NCBI GenBank assembly: GCA_904420445.1
Contig: CAJFVJ010000001.1
Span: 257,266-321,265, forward strand
Reading direction: 5' to 3'
From: Candidatus Adamsella avium
Lineage (GTDB): Bacteria; Cyanobacteriota; Vampirovibrionia; Gastranaerophilales; CAJFVJ01
Length of the DNA stretch: 64,000 bases
Shown piece by piece: positions 36,209 through 46,142 of the stretch; the stretch's first letter is position 1; each line of letters opens with the position of its first letter. The translations under genes were made by a program, and so were the position numbers. A model generated the notes under the pieces. It did no database searches. It was not told where the DNA came from and was given only the letters and a program-made list of their open reading frames with translations.

Positions 36209-36823
36209 CTAATCTGAAAGAATAAAGAGGTTGATGAGGTCAGCAAGCTGTCTTGATTGTTTTTTGCAGACCTGAATTTGTTCTTCCATCATTTTGATAT
36301 TGGTTCTGTATTCTTCTATGTTGTTCATATATTCACGAACTGTAAATCCGAGGTTTTCCTGAATTTGCTGCGCTTCCGTTAGGACTGTTTTGATTGGTAT
36401 GCCCATTGCTTCGATAGTTTGTCTGATTATCAGTGCGCCTGTTTGTTTGGTGACATTCGGCGGAAGCTGCGAAACGAGTTTCAGAAGCATTTTTACATTT
36501 TTAGGCAAATCATCTTCTTTCAATCCGTTTTCAAAAACTTTTGCAGATGATTGTTTTGCTGAGATATCTGATGGAAGGTTGTTTATTTTTTCTGATACGG
36601 AGCTGAGTAAATTTTCTTCTTCATCAAAGCTTTCATCGAGTGAAATATTATTTATCTCGCTGCTGAGATTCAACGGCGAATAAGCCAAAGATGCATCATT
36701 ATTTGAGTTTTCACTCAAAATAGGATTTCCGTTTTGTTTTTGCAGAGCATCTACTATTTTTTTTCCTACCCCTTCAGGAAGCTTATATTTCTTTGTTTCC
36801 ACTCTTTTCTCCTTCATCATCAA
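36209..36823 (-). CDS. Hypothetical protein at the tail of the his operon
   Basis: 204-aa ORF. A GTG at 36802 behind AAGGAG is an alternative start. No recognised motif. Confidence 0.5.
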   Translation of the reverse strand: MMMKEKRVETKKYKLPEGVGKKIVDALQKQNGNPILSENSNNDASLAYSPLNLSSEINNISLDESFDEEENLLSSVSEKINNLPSDISAKQSSAKVFENGLKEDDLPKNVKMLLKLVSQLPPNVTKQTGALIIRQTIEAMGIPIKTVLTEAQQIQENLGFTVREYMNNIEEYRTNIKMMEEQIQVCKKQSRQLADLINLFILSD

Positions 36824-36895
36824 AAGATTTAATTAAATTATATTCAAAAATGCCAAAAATTTCAAAAAGTTTGTTTTTGCTTAATATTTGGACAA

Positions 36896-38146
36896 CTAAA
36901 GTTCCATTCTCACATCAGCAGAGAGCTTATGAGCGTATAGTCCTTCTGCTTCTGCCATTTTTGAAGCAACAGGGCATAAAATTTCTTTTGCTGCTTTTTG
37001 AGATACTTTTTGATAAGTCTGAATTTTGATAAAATCAAACACGCTCAGACCTCCTGTATATTTTGATATGCTGTTTGTCGGGAGGACATGGTTTGTCCCG
37101 CTGCAGTAATCCCCGAGTACTTCAGCCGAGTAGTTGCCTATAAACAGCGAGCCGTAGTTTTTCAGATACGGCAGAAGTTTATCTTCATCTTGAACACAAA
37201 CTTCGAGGTGTTCGGGGGCTTTTTTGTTTGCAATATCAACCGACTGCTCTATGTTGTCGACAACTATGATGAAAGATTTTTCAATAGACTGAGAGGCGAT
37301 ATTGGCTGTCGGAAGTGTTTTCAAAAATTCTTTTACCTGTTTGTCGGCTTCTTGAGCTAGTTTTTCAGAGTCTGTAATAAGAAATGCTCTGGCATCAGGG
37401 TCATGTTCAGCCTGAGCAAGCAAATCGGCTGCGATAAATTTGATATTTGCACTCTCATCAGCTATAATCATTACTTCGCTCGGACCTGCAAGGAAATCAA
37501 TGTCACATACGCCGTAGACAGCTTTTTTGGCAGCTGTCACATATTTATTTCCGGGGCCTGTAATTTTGCTTACCTGCGGGATTGTTTCAGTTCCGTATGC
37601 CATAGCTGCTATTGCTTGAACTCCGCCTATTCTGAAAATTCTGTCAGCACCTGCCATTTTGGCTGCAGTGATTGTCGCCGGTTTAATTTTGGGAGAGCAG
37701 ACAACAACTTCTTTTACGCCTGCTGTTTTTGCCGGAACACATGACATGATTGCAGATGAGGGCAGAGGATAGTTCCCTCCGGGGACATAAGCTCCCGTCC
37801 TTTCAATCGGAAATATGGTATGTCCGAGAGTTATACCGTTTTGTTCCGTTTTGAGGTTTTTAATGGCTCCTAATTGAACTTTAGCAAATGATTGTACATT
37901 TTCTATTGACTTTTCAATAGCTTTTACAATTTCTTTAGGAGTTGAGTCTATGGCATTTTTGATTTCTTTTTCCGTCAGTTCGAATTGTTCAAGATCCCCG
38001 TCGCCGAATTTTTTTGCATATTCTCTGACAGCTTTATCACCTCTCAGCTTTACGTCATTTATAATTTCATTCACCGATGAGATATTTTCGAAGTCTATTG
38101 TTTCATAGAACTTATCAGGTATGTTTTTGTAGTTAATTATTTGCAT
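36896..38146 (-). CDS. hisD: Histidinol dehydrogenase
   Basis: 416 aa. GAYVPGG..PLPSS, IGGVQAIAAMAYGT and AQAEHD motifs. Confidence 0.95.
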   Translation of the reverse strand: MQIINYKNIPDKFYETIDFENISSVNEIINDVKLRGDKAVREYAKKFGDGDLEQFELTEKEIKNAIDSTPKEIVKAIEKSIENVQSFAKVQLGAIKNLKTEQNGITLGHTIFPIERTGAYVPGGNYPLPSSAIMSCVPAKTAGVKEVVVCSPKIKPATITAAKMAGADRIFRIGGVQAIAAMAYGTETIPQVSKITGPGNKYVTAAKKAVYGVCDIDFLAGPSEVMIIADESANIKFIAADLLAQAEHDPDARAFLITDSEKLAQEADKQVKEFLKTLPTANIASQSIEKSFIIVVDNIEQSVDIANKKAPEHLEVCVQDEDKLLPYLKNYGSLFIGNYSAEVLGDYCSGTNHVLPTNSISKYTGGLSVFDFIKIQTYQKVSQKAAKEILCPVASKMAEAEGLYAHKLSADVRMEL

Positions 38147-38149
38147 GGT

Positions 38150-39376
38150 TTACTTTCTTCTTGATGCCAGATTACTCAATACGTCTTCTACACTTATGTT
38201 ATTTTTTACCATGAAGGTCAGTACGAAATAAGCGAGGTCGGCAGCTTCCCATTCAAGTCCGTCGCCTTCTTCAAAGTTTACTACTTCGAATGCTTCTTCC
38301 ATGATTTTTCTTTTCAGATAGAAATCATTTTTGAATAATTTTGTTGTGAAGGATTTCTCAGGGAGCTCTCTTTTTCTTTGTTCGAGGACTTCTACCAAAT
38401 CATGTATGTCAAAGTCTTTATCTTCAAAACATGAGTATCTGCCTAGGTGGCAGGCAACGCCTTTTTGGTTAACTTTGTAGAGAAGAGTATCTCTGTCGCA
38501 GTCGTAGCGGGCGCTTACAAGCTCTTGAGTGTTTCCTGACGTAAGTCCTTTTGTCCACAGTTCGTTTCTTGAACGGGAAAAGTATGTTGCAAGCCCGTCT
38601 TTGAGGGTTTTCATGACAGCTTCTTTGTTTGAATATGCTAACATAAGCACCTGTTTTGTTCTTGCATCCTGAACAATTGTCGGAATCAGGTTGTTTTGTT
38701 TTTCAAAGTCAAGCATGGCGCAAAAAGCGTCTTCCAGTTTGACAGCGTTTGTATAAATGCACATACCGAGCTGCGAGCTTATATTATTTTTTTCGAGTTC
38801 TTTTATTTCGTCGATTGATGATATTCCGCCTGCCGCTACGAGTTCTTTTTTTGTGAGTTTTCTGATTTTTTTGATTGCTTCGAGGTCAGTGCCTCCCATC
38901 ATTCCTTCTTTTTCGACTATTGTATACAAATAGCCATGGCAGAGGTCATCAAATCTTTTTACATAATCTTCAGGTGTGATTCCTGTATCCTTTGTCCAAC
39001 CTTCTGTGACAACTTTTCCTTTATTTGAGTCAATTGCCACCAGAATTTTATCTTTTGGAAGCTGGGAGAGAAGTTCTTCCGAGGCTGCCGTTCCGATTAT
39101 AATTTTTTTAGCGCCGTTGGCGATAATTCTTTTTGCTTTTTCAACATCTCGAATTCCGCCGCCGACACGGCATGGTGCGATGCGGCATATTTTTTTGATG
39201 AGTTCTTCATTATCCCCTTTGCCCATAGCGGCGTCAAGGTCAATTACAGCGAGTTCTCCAAAGCGTGAGAAATATTTTGCAAGTTCGAATATATCTTCTC
39301 TTTCGAGAACTTTTTCTTTGCCCTGTTTGAGCTGGACGGCTTTACCGCCCATTATATCAATACTTGGAATAATCAT
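38150..39376 (-). CDS. Trifunctional fusion: HisA-like ProFAR isomerase barrel + HisI (PRA-CH) + HisE (PRA-PH)
   Basis: 408 aa.
- Residues about 1-215: MIIPSIDIMGGKAVQLKQG...VIDLDAAMGKGDN...VGGGIR...AAGGISS (HisA pattern).
- Residues about 220-320: IPTIVQDARTKQVLMLAYSN...WTKGLTSGNTQELV...DCDRDTLLYKV...ACH (HisI).
- C-terminal about 85 aa: KIMEEAFEV...EAADLAYFVLTFM (HisE/MazG-like). Confidence 0.85.
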   Translation of the reverse strand: MIIPSIDIMGGKAVQLKQGKEKVLEREDIFELAKYFSRFGELAVIDLDAAMGKGDNEELIKKICRIAPCRVGGGIRDVEKAKRIIANGAKKIIIGTAASEELLSQLPKDKILVAIDSNKGKVVTEGWTKDTGITPEDYVKRFDDLCHGYLYTIVEKEGMMGGTDLEAIKKIRKLTKKELVAAGGISSIDEIKELEKNNISSQLGMCIYTNAVKLEDAFCAMLDFEKQNNLIPTIVQDARTKQVLMLAYSNKEAVMKTLKDGLATYFSRSRNELWTKGLTSGNTQELVSARYDCDRDTLLYKVNQKGVACHLGRYSCFEDKDFDIHDLVEVLEQRKRELPEKSFTTKLFKNDFYLKRKIMEEAFEVVNFEEGDGLEWEAADLAYFVLTFMVKNNISVEDVLSNLASRRK

Positions 39377-39411
39377 GGTTTGCCTCTTTTTATTATCTTC
39401 AAGATGAGTTA

Positions 39412-39440
39412 ATTATACTTAAGCCATGGTAGAAATACAA
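39412..39440 (-). promoter_or_regulatory. Sigma-70-type promoter of the his operon
   Basis: Reverse strand TTGTAT(39440..39435)-N17-TATAAT(39417..39412), about 35 nt upstream of ATG 39376 and its AAGAGG SD. Confidence 0.4.
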
Positions 39441-39470
39441 TTTTATTCCCTTAAAATGTAAAATGAATGA

Positions 39471-39500
39471 AAAAAGAAAACCCCCTGCCGAAACAGGAGG
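39471..39500 (-). terminator. Rho-independent terminator of the flagellin gene
   Basis: Reverse strand CCTCCTG(N6)CAGGGGG stem (one G-U pair) followed by TTTTCTTTTT. Confidence 0.6.
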
Positions 39501-39526
39501 TATTGATGTTTTCCCTTGAGCTAAAA

Positions 39527-40366
39527 CTATACTAATGTTAATGCTATTGTCGGTGTCTGGTTTGCTTGCTGCAACAATGTAGCAGATGATTGTTGAAGAA
39601 CCTGTTGTTTTGTTAACTCTGTAGATTCTTTTGCAATGTCCGTATCTCTGATGATTGAGTAAGAAGATTGCAGGTTTTCTTTTCTTATGTCTATTCTGTC
39701 CATTGTTGAATTCAGACGGTTCATAGAAGCACCGATTACACCTCTTCTGTCGGTAACTCCGGTGATAGCAGCATCAATTGCGTCAATCATAGCTCTTGCG
39801 TCATCTACTGTTGTTACGTTTTGTCCGTCAAGACCTAGTGATGCACAGTCTGCTTTACCGAAAGCGTCAGATATATCAATTGTGTTTTCGTCAACGTCGC
39901 TTCCTGCACCGATTTGAAGAGTACATTTTCCTGTACCTGAGAGAGAACCATCGAGGAGTTTCAATTCAGAGAATGAAGAACTTGTTGCTATTCTGTCAAT
40001 TTCCTGAAGACGGAGCTGAACTTCCTGGTCTATTGATTCTCTTTCTGATGTAGCATATACACCGTTTGCTGATTGAACTGCGAGGTCTTTGATTCTTTGT
40101 AGGTTTTCTGAAATAATACTCAAGTCACCGTCTGCGACTTGTAACATGTTTAAACCTGTTTGAGCGTTATTTTTTGTAACATCAGCAGAACTAACCTGGC
40201 TCATAATTTTTTCTGACAAAGACAAACCTGCAGCGTCATCGCCGGCGTCGTTAATTCTCATACCTGTTGATAATCTTTGCATTGATTTTGCGAGTGATGA
40301 AGTGGCACTTTCCAAGTTTCTTTGTACCATTAATGAAGTTGTGTTTGTGTTTACAGTAATGCTCAT
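39527..40366 (-). CDS. Flagellin
   Basis: 279 aa. MSITVNTNTTSLMVQRNLE...RLSTGMRINDAGDDAAGLS N-terminus and QQVLQQSSATLLQQANQTP...LTLV C-terminus. Confidence 0.93.
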   Translation of the reverse strand: MSITVNTNTTSLMVQRNLESATSSLAKSMQRLSTGMRINDAGDDAAGLSLSEKIMSQVSSADVTKNNAQTGLNMLQVADGDLSIISENLQRIKDLAVQSANGVYATSERESIDQEVQLRLQEIDRIATSSSFSELKLLDGSLSGTGKCTLQIGAGSDVDENTIDISDAFGKADCASLGLDGQNVTTVDDARAMIDAIDAAITGVTDRRGVIGASMNRLNSTMDRIDIRKENLQSSYSIIRDTDIAKESTELTKQQVLQQSSATLLQQANQTPTIALTLV

Positions 40367-40699
40367 GGGAAATCTCCTTTACTTCCTTGTAAAAATTATT
40401 ACTACTAACCTACTTGTGTAAGCTCATTTAACTGAGATGGAAGTATTCATATTAAATTGAGGAGTAAAATGATTTTACTCATGTTGAAAAACTTTGTATC
40501 TCAAGGGATTTAGGGAATTTTTTTGCTTACATTACTAATTTACCATTTTGAAATCAAAAGAAAATTCAACCCCGGTTTGCATTTTGTCGAACTAAAGTTG
40601 TAATTTTTTTGTTTGGGCAATTTTTTTGAAGAGTTTGTTTTTATATATATAGTATATATAATACATTGAAATATCTGTGAAAAAGGTTAAAATATAGAT

Positions 40700-40888
40700 A
40701 TGAAAAAGGACGAGAAAAAACTTGTACTGATTGAAAATAAAAAAGAGCTGAAGAAGCCGCAAAAAACTTTTTCAGCTTCTACTCCTGTTGTTATGAAAAA
40801 GGTGCTGAAACTGATGCATGTTGATTTGATTAACGGGAAAGCGGAGTATAAGTCTTTTTCTGATTTCAAACCGGATGATTTGAGATAG
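40700..40888 (+). CDS. Hypothetical Lys-rich 62-aa protein
   Basis: ORF upstream of prmC on the same strand. A mirror ORF exists on the other strand. No motif. Confidence 0.3.
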   Translation: MKKDEKKLVLIENKKELKKPQKTFSASTPVVMKKVLKLMHVDLINGKAEYKSFSDFKPDDLR

Positions 40889-40926
40889 AAGTTTTAAATA
40901 TTGTTTTTTTCAGCTATTATTGAACA

Positions 40927-41763
40927 ATGCTGAAAAATCTTGTCAAAAATTTATCATCGATTGTTCCATTATCGCAGGCTGTTTTGGAAGCAGAGCTTTT
41001 GGTAGAATTTATCAGCGGGTATAAGAAAAAGGATTTTATTCTGCGTCCTGATTTATCATTGGACAAAGAACAGCAGGATAAATTGGATTGTTTGATGAAA
41101 AAACGCCTTCAAGACCGCATTCCTGTCCAATATCTTATCGGAGAGGCATGTTTTATGGGGGAGATGTTCGATGTTAACTCCCATGTCCTCATTCCTCGTC
41201 CTGAAACAGAGCTGCTTGTTGAAGAAGTTATTAAATCGGCAAAAAAGATGGCTTGCCCTAAAATTCTTGATATCGGAACAGGCTCTGGAGCCATTGCGAT
41301 TATGTTGAAGAAGCTGGCAGCTGGCTGCAGTGTTGTCGGCTCTGATATTTCCCTGTTTGCTCTTGAAACAGCAAAAGCGAATGCGAAAAAACTTGGTGTT
41401 GACGTCGGATTTGTTTGTTCAGATTTGTTCGAGGAGATATCAGGAAAGTTTGATATTATTGTTTCAAATCCTCCTTATATCCCGCAGAGAGAGAAAAAAA
41501 ATCTTTCAGCCGAGGTGTTGAATGAACCTTCAGGGGCTTTGTTTACTGAAGATGTCGATGGTGTTGAGTTTTATGACAAAATTATCTCGCAGTCACGGTT
41601 TTTTCTTGAAGATGGCGGATATTTATTTTTTGAAATCGGAATACACCAGAGCATGCTTGTTAGAAAGCTTTTTGAAAATAACGGATTTTCGGATATAAAA
41701 ATTGTCAAAGATTTGTCAAAAACAGACAGAATAATTTCTGCTAAATGCTCATATAATACGTAA
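40927..41763 (+). CDS. prmC: Peptide chain release factor N5-glutamine methyltransferase
   Basis: 278 aa. ILDIGTGSGAIA SAM motif and IIVSNPPYI (NPPY). Confidence 0.9.
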   Translation: MLKNLVKNLSSIVPLSQAVLEAELLVEFISGYKKKDFILRPDLSLDKEQQDKLDCLMKKRLQDRIPVQYLIGEACFMGEMFDVNSHVLIPRPETELLVEEVIKSAKKMACPKILDIGTGSGAIAIMLKKLAAGCSVVGSDISLFALETAKANAKKLGVDVGFVCSDLFEEISGKFDIIVSNPPYIPQREKKNLSAEVLNEPSGALFTEDVDGVEFYDKIISQSRFFLEDGGYLFFEIGIHQSMLVRKLFENNGFSDIKIVKDLSKTDRIISAKCSYNT

Positions 41764-41790
41764 AACCTATATTTTTATTAAACTATTGAC

Positions 41791-41832
41791 AGTAAACATC
41801 AACATATAGTGTAATTAATATGTATGTTTACT
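41791..41832. repeat. Imperfect 42-nt palindrome between prmC and smc
   Basis: AGTAAACAT(41791..41799)/ATGTTTACT(41824..41832) plus inner ACATAT(41802..41807)/ATATGT(41818..41823). Overlaps a TTGACA at 41786..41791. Confidence 0.4.
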
Positions 41833-41866
41833 AATAACATATCCGTTGAGCTGTTTGGTTGTAAAA

Positions 41867-44800
41867 ATGCGCATTAAAGAAATTGAAATAGATAATTTTA
41901 AATCCTTTGCCCAAAAGGTGAATATACCTTTTCTGGAGGGTTTTACCACGATTTCCGGACCAAACGGTTCAGGAAAGAGCAATATTATAGACAGTATTTT
42001 GTTTGCTCTCGGGTTGTCTTCTTCCCGTGCATTGAGGGCGGAGAAGTTGTTTCATCTTATTTGCACGCTGACAAAGAAGAATGAGGCAACTGTAAAAATT
42101 ACTTTTGAAACATCGGAAGATGAAGAACCGCTTGTGATTATGCGAAAGATAAAGAAATCATCACAGGGGTTTAACAGCATTTATTATCTGAACGGGAAAA
42201 TCGCCACGTTGAGCGAGATACATGAAAAACTTGCAGTATACAATATTTCACCAAACAGCTACAATGTTATAATGCAAGGGGATGTAATGGCGATTACCAA
42301 CACTTCGCCTCTTGAAAGACGTCGTATTCTTGATGAGATAGCGGGAGTTGCCGACTTTGACAGGCGTATTGAACAGGCAGAAAAAGAGCTTGAAACTGTA
42401 GAAGAGCGGGTTGAAAAATCAAATATTATTCTGGCGGAGATTGATGTACGTTTTGCACAGCTCGAAGAAGAAAGAAAACAGGCGCTCAAATATCAGCAGT
42501 TGAAAGAGGAAAAACAGGAATATGAAAGCAAGTTATCTGCCGTAAAATATTTTGATATGAAAGCCTCCCTCGAGCGTTTGCATGAGAGCATTCTTGATGC
42601 CGATAAATCAAAAAAACAGGGAGAACAGGAGCTCAAGAAGCTTAAACAACAGCTTGAAGAAACTTCTGAAAAACTCAGAGAAATTCAGCAAAATGTAAAT
42701 ATAAAAGGCGAGGCTGAGCAGATTGAAATTAAAAAGCATGCGGAAAGCCTCAAGGGGTCAATTGCCCGTAAAAAAGATGCAATTATTTATGCGGATAAGC
42801 AAATAGAAGACAACAAAAAAACAGCTGAAAACACACGTGAAAACATCGAAACTCTCAAGGATAAGATTGAGGATACACTTCTTAAAATAGAAGCAAAGAA
42901 AGATGAAATCAAAATTATCGAAGAAAATATTTCTCAGGAAAAAGAAGAGCTGAACAAAGTTCTTTCTGAGGTCGCCGGCATAAATCAGGCAGCTGACGAG
43001 CATGTCCAGAAGAGAAATAATCTCAGAAAGTTGCTTGAGAGCGTTCAGGACTCTGAAAATGCGCTGATAAAACAAAAATTACCGACGGAAGAGAAGCTTT
43101 CAAGGCTTAAAAAAGAAATAGACGACTCAAAAGATATGCTTGAGCAATTTGAAGAGTCAAAAGAAGTTTATTCAAACAACCAAAACATGCTGCAGGCTCA
43201 AATAGAAGAGCTTGCAAAGGAACTGAAAGACTATGAGCTTGTCCAGAAAAACACAATGTACGAGCTTGATAAAGTTAAGAATGAGATAAATGATTCAAAC
43301 TACAACATGAATCTTGCCGTTCGCAAAATAGCTTCTTTAGAAGCTCAAAAACGTGCTGTCGAGGATGCCAACTTCGGGCGGGCAATTGACACCGTGTTGA
43401 ACTCAGGACTCGAAGGCGTTCATGCCCCGCTTGCAAAACTCGGACAGGTTGATAAAGAATATTCAACCGCTCTTGAGATAGCAATGGGAGGCAGAATGCT
43501 GCATATTGTTGTTGATGACGATGAAGTCGCCGCTCATGCGATTGAAATTCTTAAAACTTCAAAAGCTGGCCGTGCCGGTTTCTTGCCGTTGAACAAGCTT
43601 AAGCGTGCACCTTATAATATGAATCCGCCAAAAGGAGCGGGTATTGTTGATTATGCTTTCAATCTGATTGACTTCGACGATATTTATGAGGATGCTTTTT
43701 ATCATGCCCTTGGAGAAACTCTTGTTGTCGAAGATATCGGAACGGCACGCAGATTGTTCGGGAAATATCGTATGGTTACTCTCGACGGCAGTTTGTTCGA
43801 AAAATCAGGGCTTATAACAGGCGGTTCAGTCAGACAGAATACATTGAAATTCAGCCAGAACGAAGATGAAGAACTTGCGCTTTACAAAAAACGTCTGTCT
43901 GATATGGAAACAAACCACAAAAATCTTGAAGCAAAAAGAGCCGAGCTCGATAAAAAACAGGAGAAGACACGTCAGGATTATTCTTCTGCAATGAACGAGC
44001 TTAATAAAAAGAAAATCGAATATGATAACGTTGTAAGAAACCTTGAAACCACAAAATTGTCTATAGAGCAGCGTAAAAAAGTTATAGAAGAGAACGCTCC
44101 GCAGATTAGTGCGCTGTCAAAAGAACTTGATAAACTGGAACAGGAACATATAAAACTTACCGAACGTATCACCCAGCTGCATGACCAGATTGAAGACGTC
44201 GAAAAACAGATGCCTCAGGATGAACTCTCAAAACTTCGAGAACTCACCGAGAATATAGAATTTGAAATCAAACAGAACGAATCAAAAATTCTGAACTGTA
44301 ACAATGCAATAAAAGGCTTTGAGATGGAAATTGACTTCCAGAAAGAGTCAATCAAAAACCATGAGGACACAATCAAAAAGCTTGAAGAGAGCAATGTTAC
44401 ACTTGCACGGGATAAAGAACGTTATACAGCTGAGATTGCCGAGGTTGAAACACAGCTCAAAGAGCTTGATGCCAAGATTGCAGAAATAGGTCAAAAACTT
44501 GTCGAGCTGCAGAAGGAAAGGGACGGAGTACAATCCGAACTGATTGAGAACGAGAAGAAAATCAGCGTTTTGGAAACAAAAATAGAGCGTATTACAGAGC
44601 AGATTGAAGCGTTCAAAACAAGAAGAAAAGAACTCGAACCCCAGCTTGTTGAAATCAGAGAAGAATTGATAGCAGCAGGATATGAGATAGCTCAGCTTAA
44701 GTCGCTTGAAATTTCAACAGAAGAGGTTATGCGTAATATAAACCGTCTTCAAAAACGTATGGATGAAATGGGTGCTGTCAATATGAGAGCCATCACCGAA

Positions 44801-45361
44801 TATGAAGATGTGAAAGCCCGTCAGGACGAGCTGAGGACAAAACTTGAAACTCTTAGCAACGAAAAAATTCAGATAACGGAGCGTATGCACGGTTATGAAA
44901 CTCTTAAACGAGAGTCGTTTATGAAAACTTTCACACATGTGAACGAAAACTTCAAAGAAATATTTGCGGAGCTCTCAGAGGGAGAAGGACAGCTTATACT
45001 CGAGAATCCAGATGATCCTCTCGGCGGCGGTCTGACAATCGAGGCTCAGCCACGTGATAAGAAAATGCAGCGTCTTGAAGCCATGAGCGGAGGTGAAAAA
45101 TCCCTTACTGCGCTTGCGTTTGTGTTTGCAATTCAAAAGTACATGCCTGCTCCGTTTTATGCATTTGACGAAGTTGACCAGAGTTTGGACGGTATCAATG
45201 TTGAGAAGCTTGCAAATATTGTCCGTAAGCAATCAGAAAATACGCAATTTATAGTTGTTAGCCACAGAAAACCTATGATAGAATCAGCTAATCAAACGGT
45301 AGGTGTCACCCAGAAAGATCAGGGTATTACGAAAGTTACGGGGGTAAAGTTAAGTGATTGA
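41867..45361 (+). CDS. smc: Chromosome segregation protein SMC
   Basis: About 1164 aa from MRIKEIEIDNFKSF. GPNGSGKSN Walker A, long coiled coils, hinge, LSGGEK signature, FYAFDEVD Walker B. Confidence 0.95.
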   Translation: MRIKEIEIDNFKSFAQKVNIPFLEGFTTISGPNGSGKSNIIDSILFALGLSSSRALRAEKLFHLICTLTKKNEATVKITFETSEDEEPLVIMRKIKKSSQGFNSIYYLNGKIATLSEIHEKLAVYNISPNSYNVIMQGDVMAITNTSPLERRRILDEIAGVADFDRRIEQAEKELETVEERVEKSNIILAEIDVRFAQLEEERKQALKYQQLKEEKQEYESKLSAVKYFDMKASLERLHESILDADKSKKQGEQELKKLKQQLEETSEKLREIQQNVNIKGEAEQIEIKKHAESLKGSIARKKDAIIYADKQIEDNKKTAENTRENIETLKDKIEDTLLKIEAKKDEIKIIEENISQEKEELNKVLSEVAGINQAADEHVQKRNNLRKLLESVQDSENALIKQKLPTEEKLSRLKKEIDDSKDMLEQFEESKEVYSNNQNMLQAQIEELAKELKDYELVQKNTMYELDKVKNEINDSNYNMNLAVRKIASLEAQKRAVEDANFGRAIDTVLNSGLEGVHAPLAKLGQVDKEYSTALEIAMGGRMLHIVVDDDEVAAHAIEILKTSKAGRAGFLPLNKLKRAPYNMNPPKGAGIVDYAFNLIDFDDIYEDAFYHALGETLVVEDIGTARRLFGKYRMVTLDGSLFEKSGLITGGSVRQNTLKFSQNEDEELALYKKRLSDMETNHKNLEAKRAELDKKQEKTRQDYSSAMNELNKKKIEYDNVVRNLETTKLSIEQRKKVIEENAPQISALSKELDKLEQEHIKLTERITQLHDQIEDVEKQMPQDELSKLRELTENIEFEIKQNESKILNCNNAIKGFEMEIDFQKESIKNHEDTIKKLEESNVTLARDKERYTAEIAEVETQLKELDAKIAEIGQKLVELQKERDGVQSELIENEKKISVLETKIERITEQIEAFKTRRKELEPQLVEIREELIAAGYEIAQLKSLEISTEEVMRNINRLQKRMDEMGAVNMRAITEYEDVKARQDELRTKLETLSNEKIQITERMHGYETLKRESFMKTFTHVNENFKEIFAELSEGEGQLILENPDDPLGGGLTIEAQPRDKKMQRLEAMSGGEKSLTALAFVFAIQKYMPAPFYAFDEVDQSLDGINVEKLANIVRKQSENTQFIVVSHRKPMIESANQTVGVTQKDQGITKVTGVKLSD

Positions 45362-46142
45362 TAATATCTTTGAACTCTATAACCAACCCTCAAACGGAAC
45401 TGCTGACGGTATAGAAATTATCGTTAATATGGCTAAAAAACAGGAAATCGACCCGTGGAATATTGATATTGTACAGCTTACAGATAAGTACCTTCAGCAA
45501 ATAGTTGAAATGAAACAGAATAACCTGCGTCTTACGGGCAGGACACTGTTTTTTGCTGCGTTTCTCCTCCGTCTGAAATCTGACATCCTCGAGGGTATCG
45601 ACTCGATGGAAAACGAAGATGAGCTGATGCAGGAATTTGATGAAGATTATGACAACCCTGATTATTATGAGGAAGATTTGCTCAATGCAAAGAATGTAAT
45701 CTCTCTTGATAACGCACTTGAGCGCAGAACAAGCGTAAAACTGAATCGTAAAAGAGTTGTTACACTGAAAGATTTGATTAAACAGCTGAAATTCTATGAA
45801 GAATTGGACAGAAAACGTTCTTTGAAAAATGCACATGAACGTGCAAAAAGAAGAGTCCGTTCTTACGCAAATCTTACGCCAGATGATATTATTAATCTCG
45901 CTCATGAAGAGTTTATCGAGGATGGTGTAAATCGTATTCACAACGTTCTTTTCAGATTGTTCGAAAAAGAAGAAAAAGTAGAGCTTTCAGAGCTGCAGGA
46001 AACAGGCATGAACAAAATTACCGCATATATTGCTCTTTTGTTTCTGTCTGCAAAAGAAAACATAAACCTTGTTCAGGATGAGTTTTATTCCGATTTGTAT
46101 GTGACTATGGGTGAGGATAAGCCAAATGTCGCTGAAGTCTAG
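45354..46142 (+). CDS. scpA: Segregation and condensation protein A
   Basis: 262 aa. GTG start overlapping the smc stop. ScpA pattern (DPWNIDIVQLTDKYL, C-terminal winged helix) and position after smc. Confidence 0.85.
   Translation: MIDNIFELYNQPSNGTADGIEIIVNMAKKQEIDPWNIDIVQLTDKYLQQIVEMKQNNLRLTGRTLFFAAFLLRLKSDILEGIDSMENEDELMQEFDEDYDNPDYYEEDLLNAKNVISLDNALERRTSVKLNRKRVVTLKDLIKQLKFYEELDRKRSLKNAHERAKRRVRSYANLTPDDIINLAHEEFIEDGVNRIHNVLFRLFEKEEKVELSELQETGMNKITAYIALLFLSAKENINLVQDEFYSDLYVTMGEDKPNVAEV

Noticed and set aside
40470-40496. Sigma-28-like half-site upstream of the flagellin gene (reverse strand AAAGTTT-N11-TAAAATCA)
   Set aside because: Only the -35 half matches; the -10 lacks the GCCGA core. 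I also saw no sigma-54 GG-N10-GC element. The flagellin promoter is left unassigned.
40687-40869. 60-aa reverse ORF mirroring 40700..40888(+)
   Set aside because: The two ORFs occupy the same DNA. The plus-strand one is co-oriented with prmC and is more protein-like. Neither is well supported, so only the plus ORF is listed, at low confidence.
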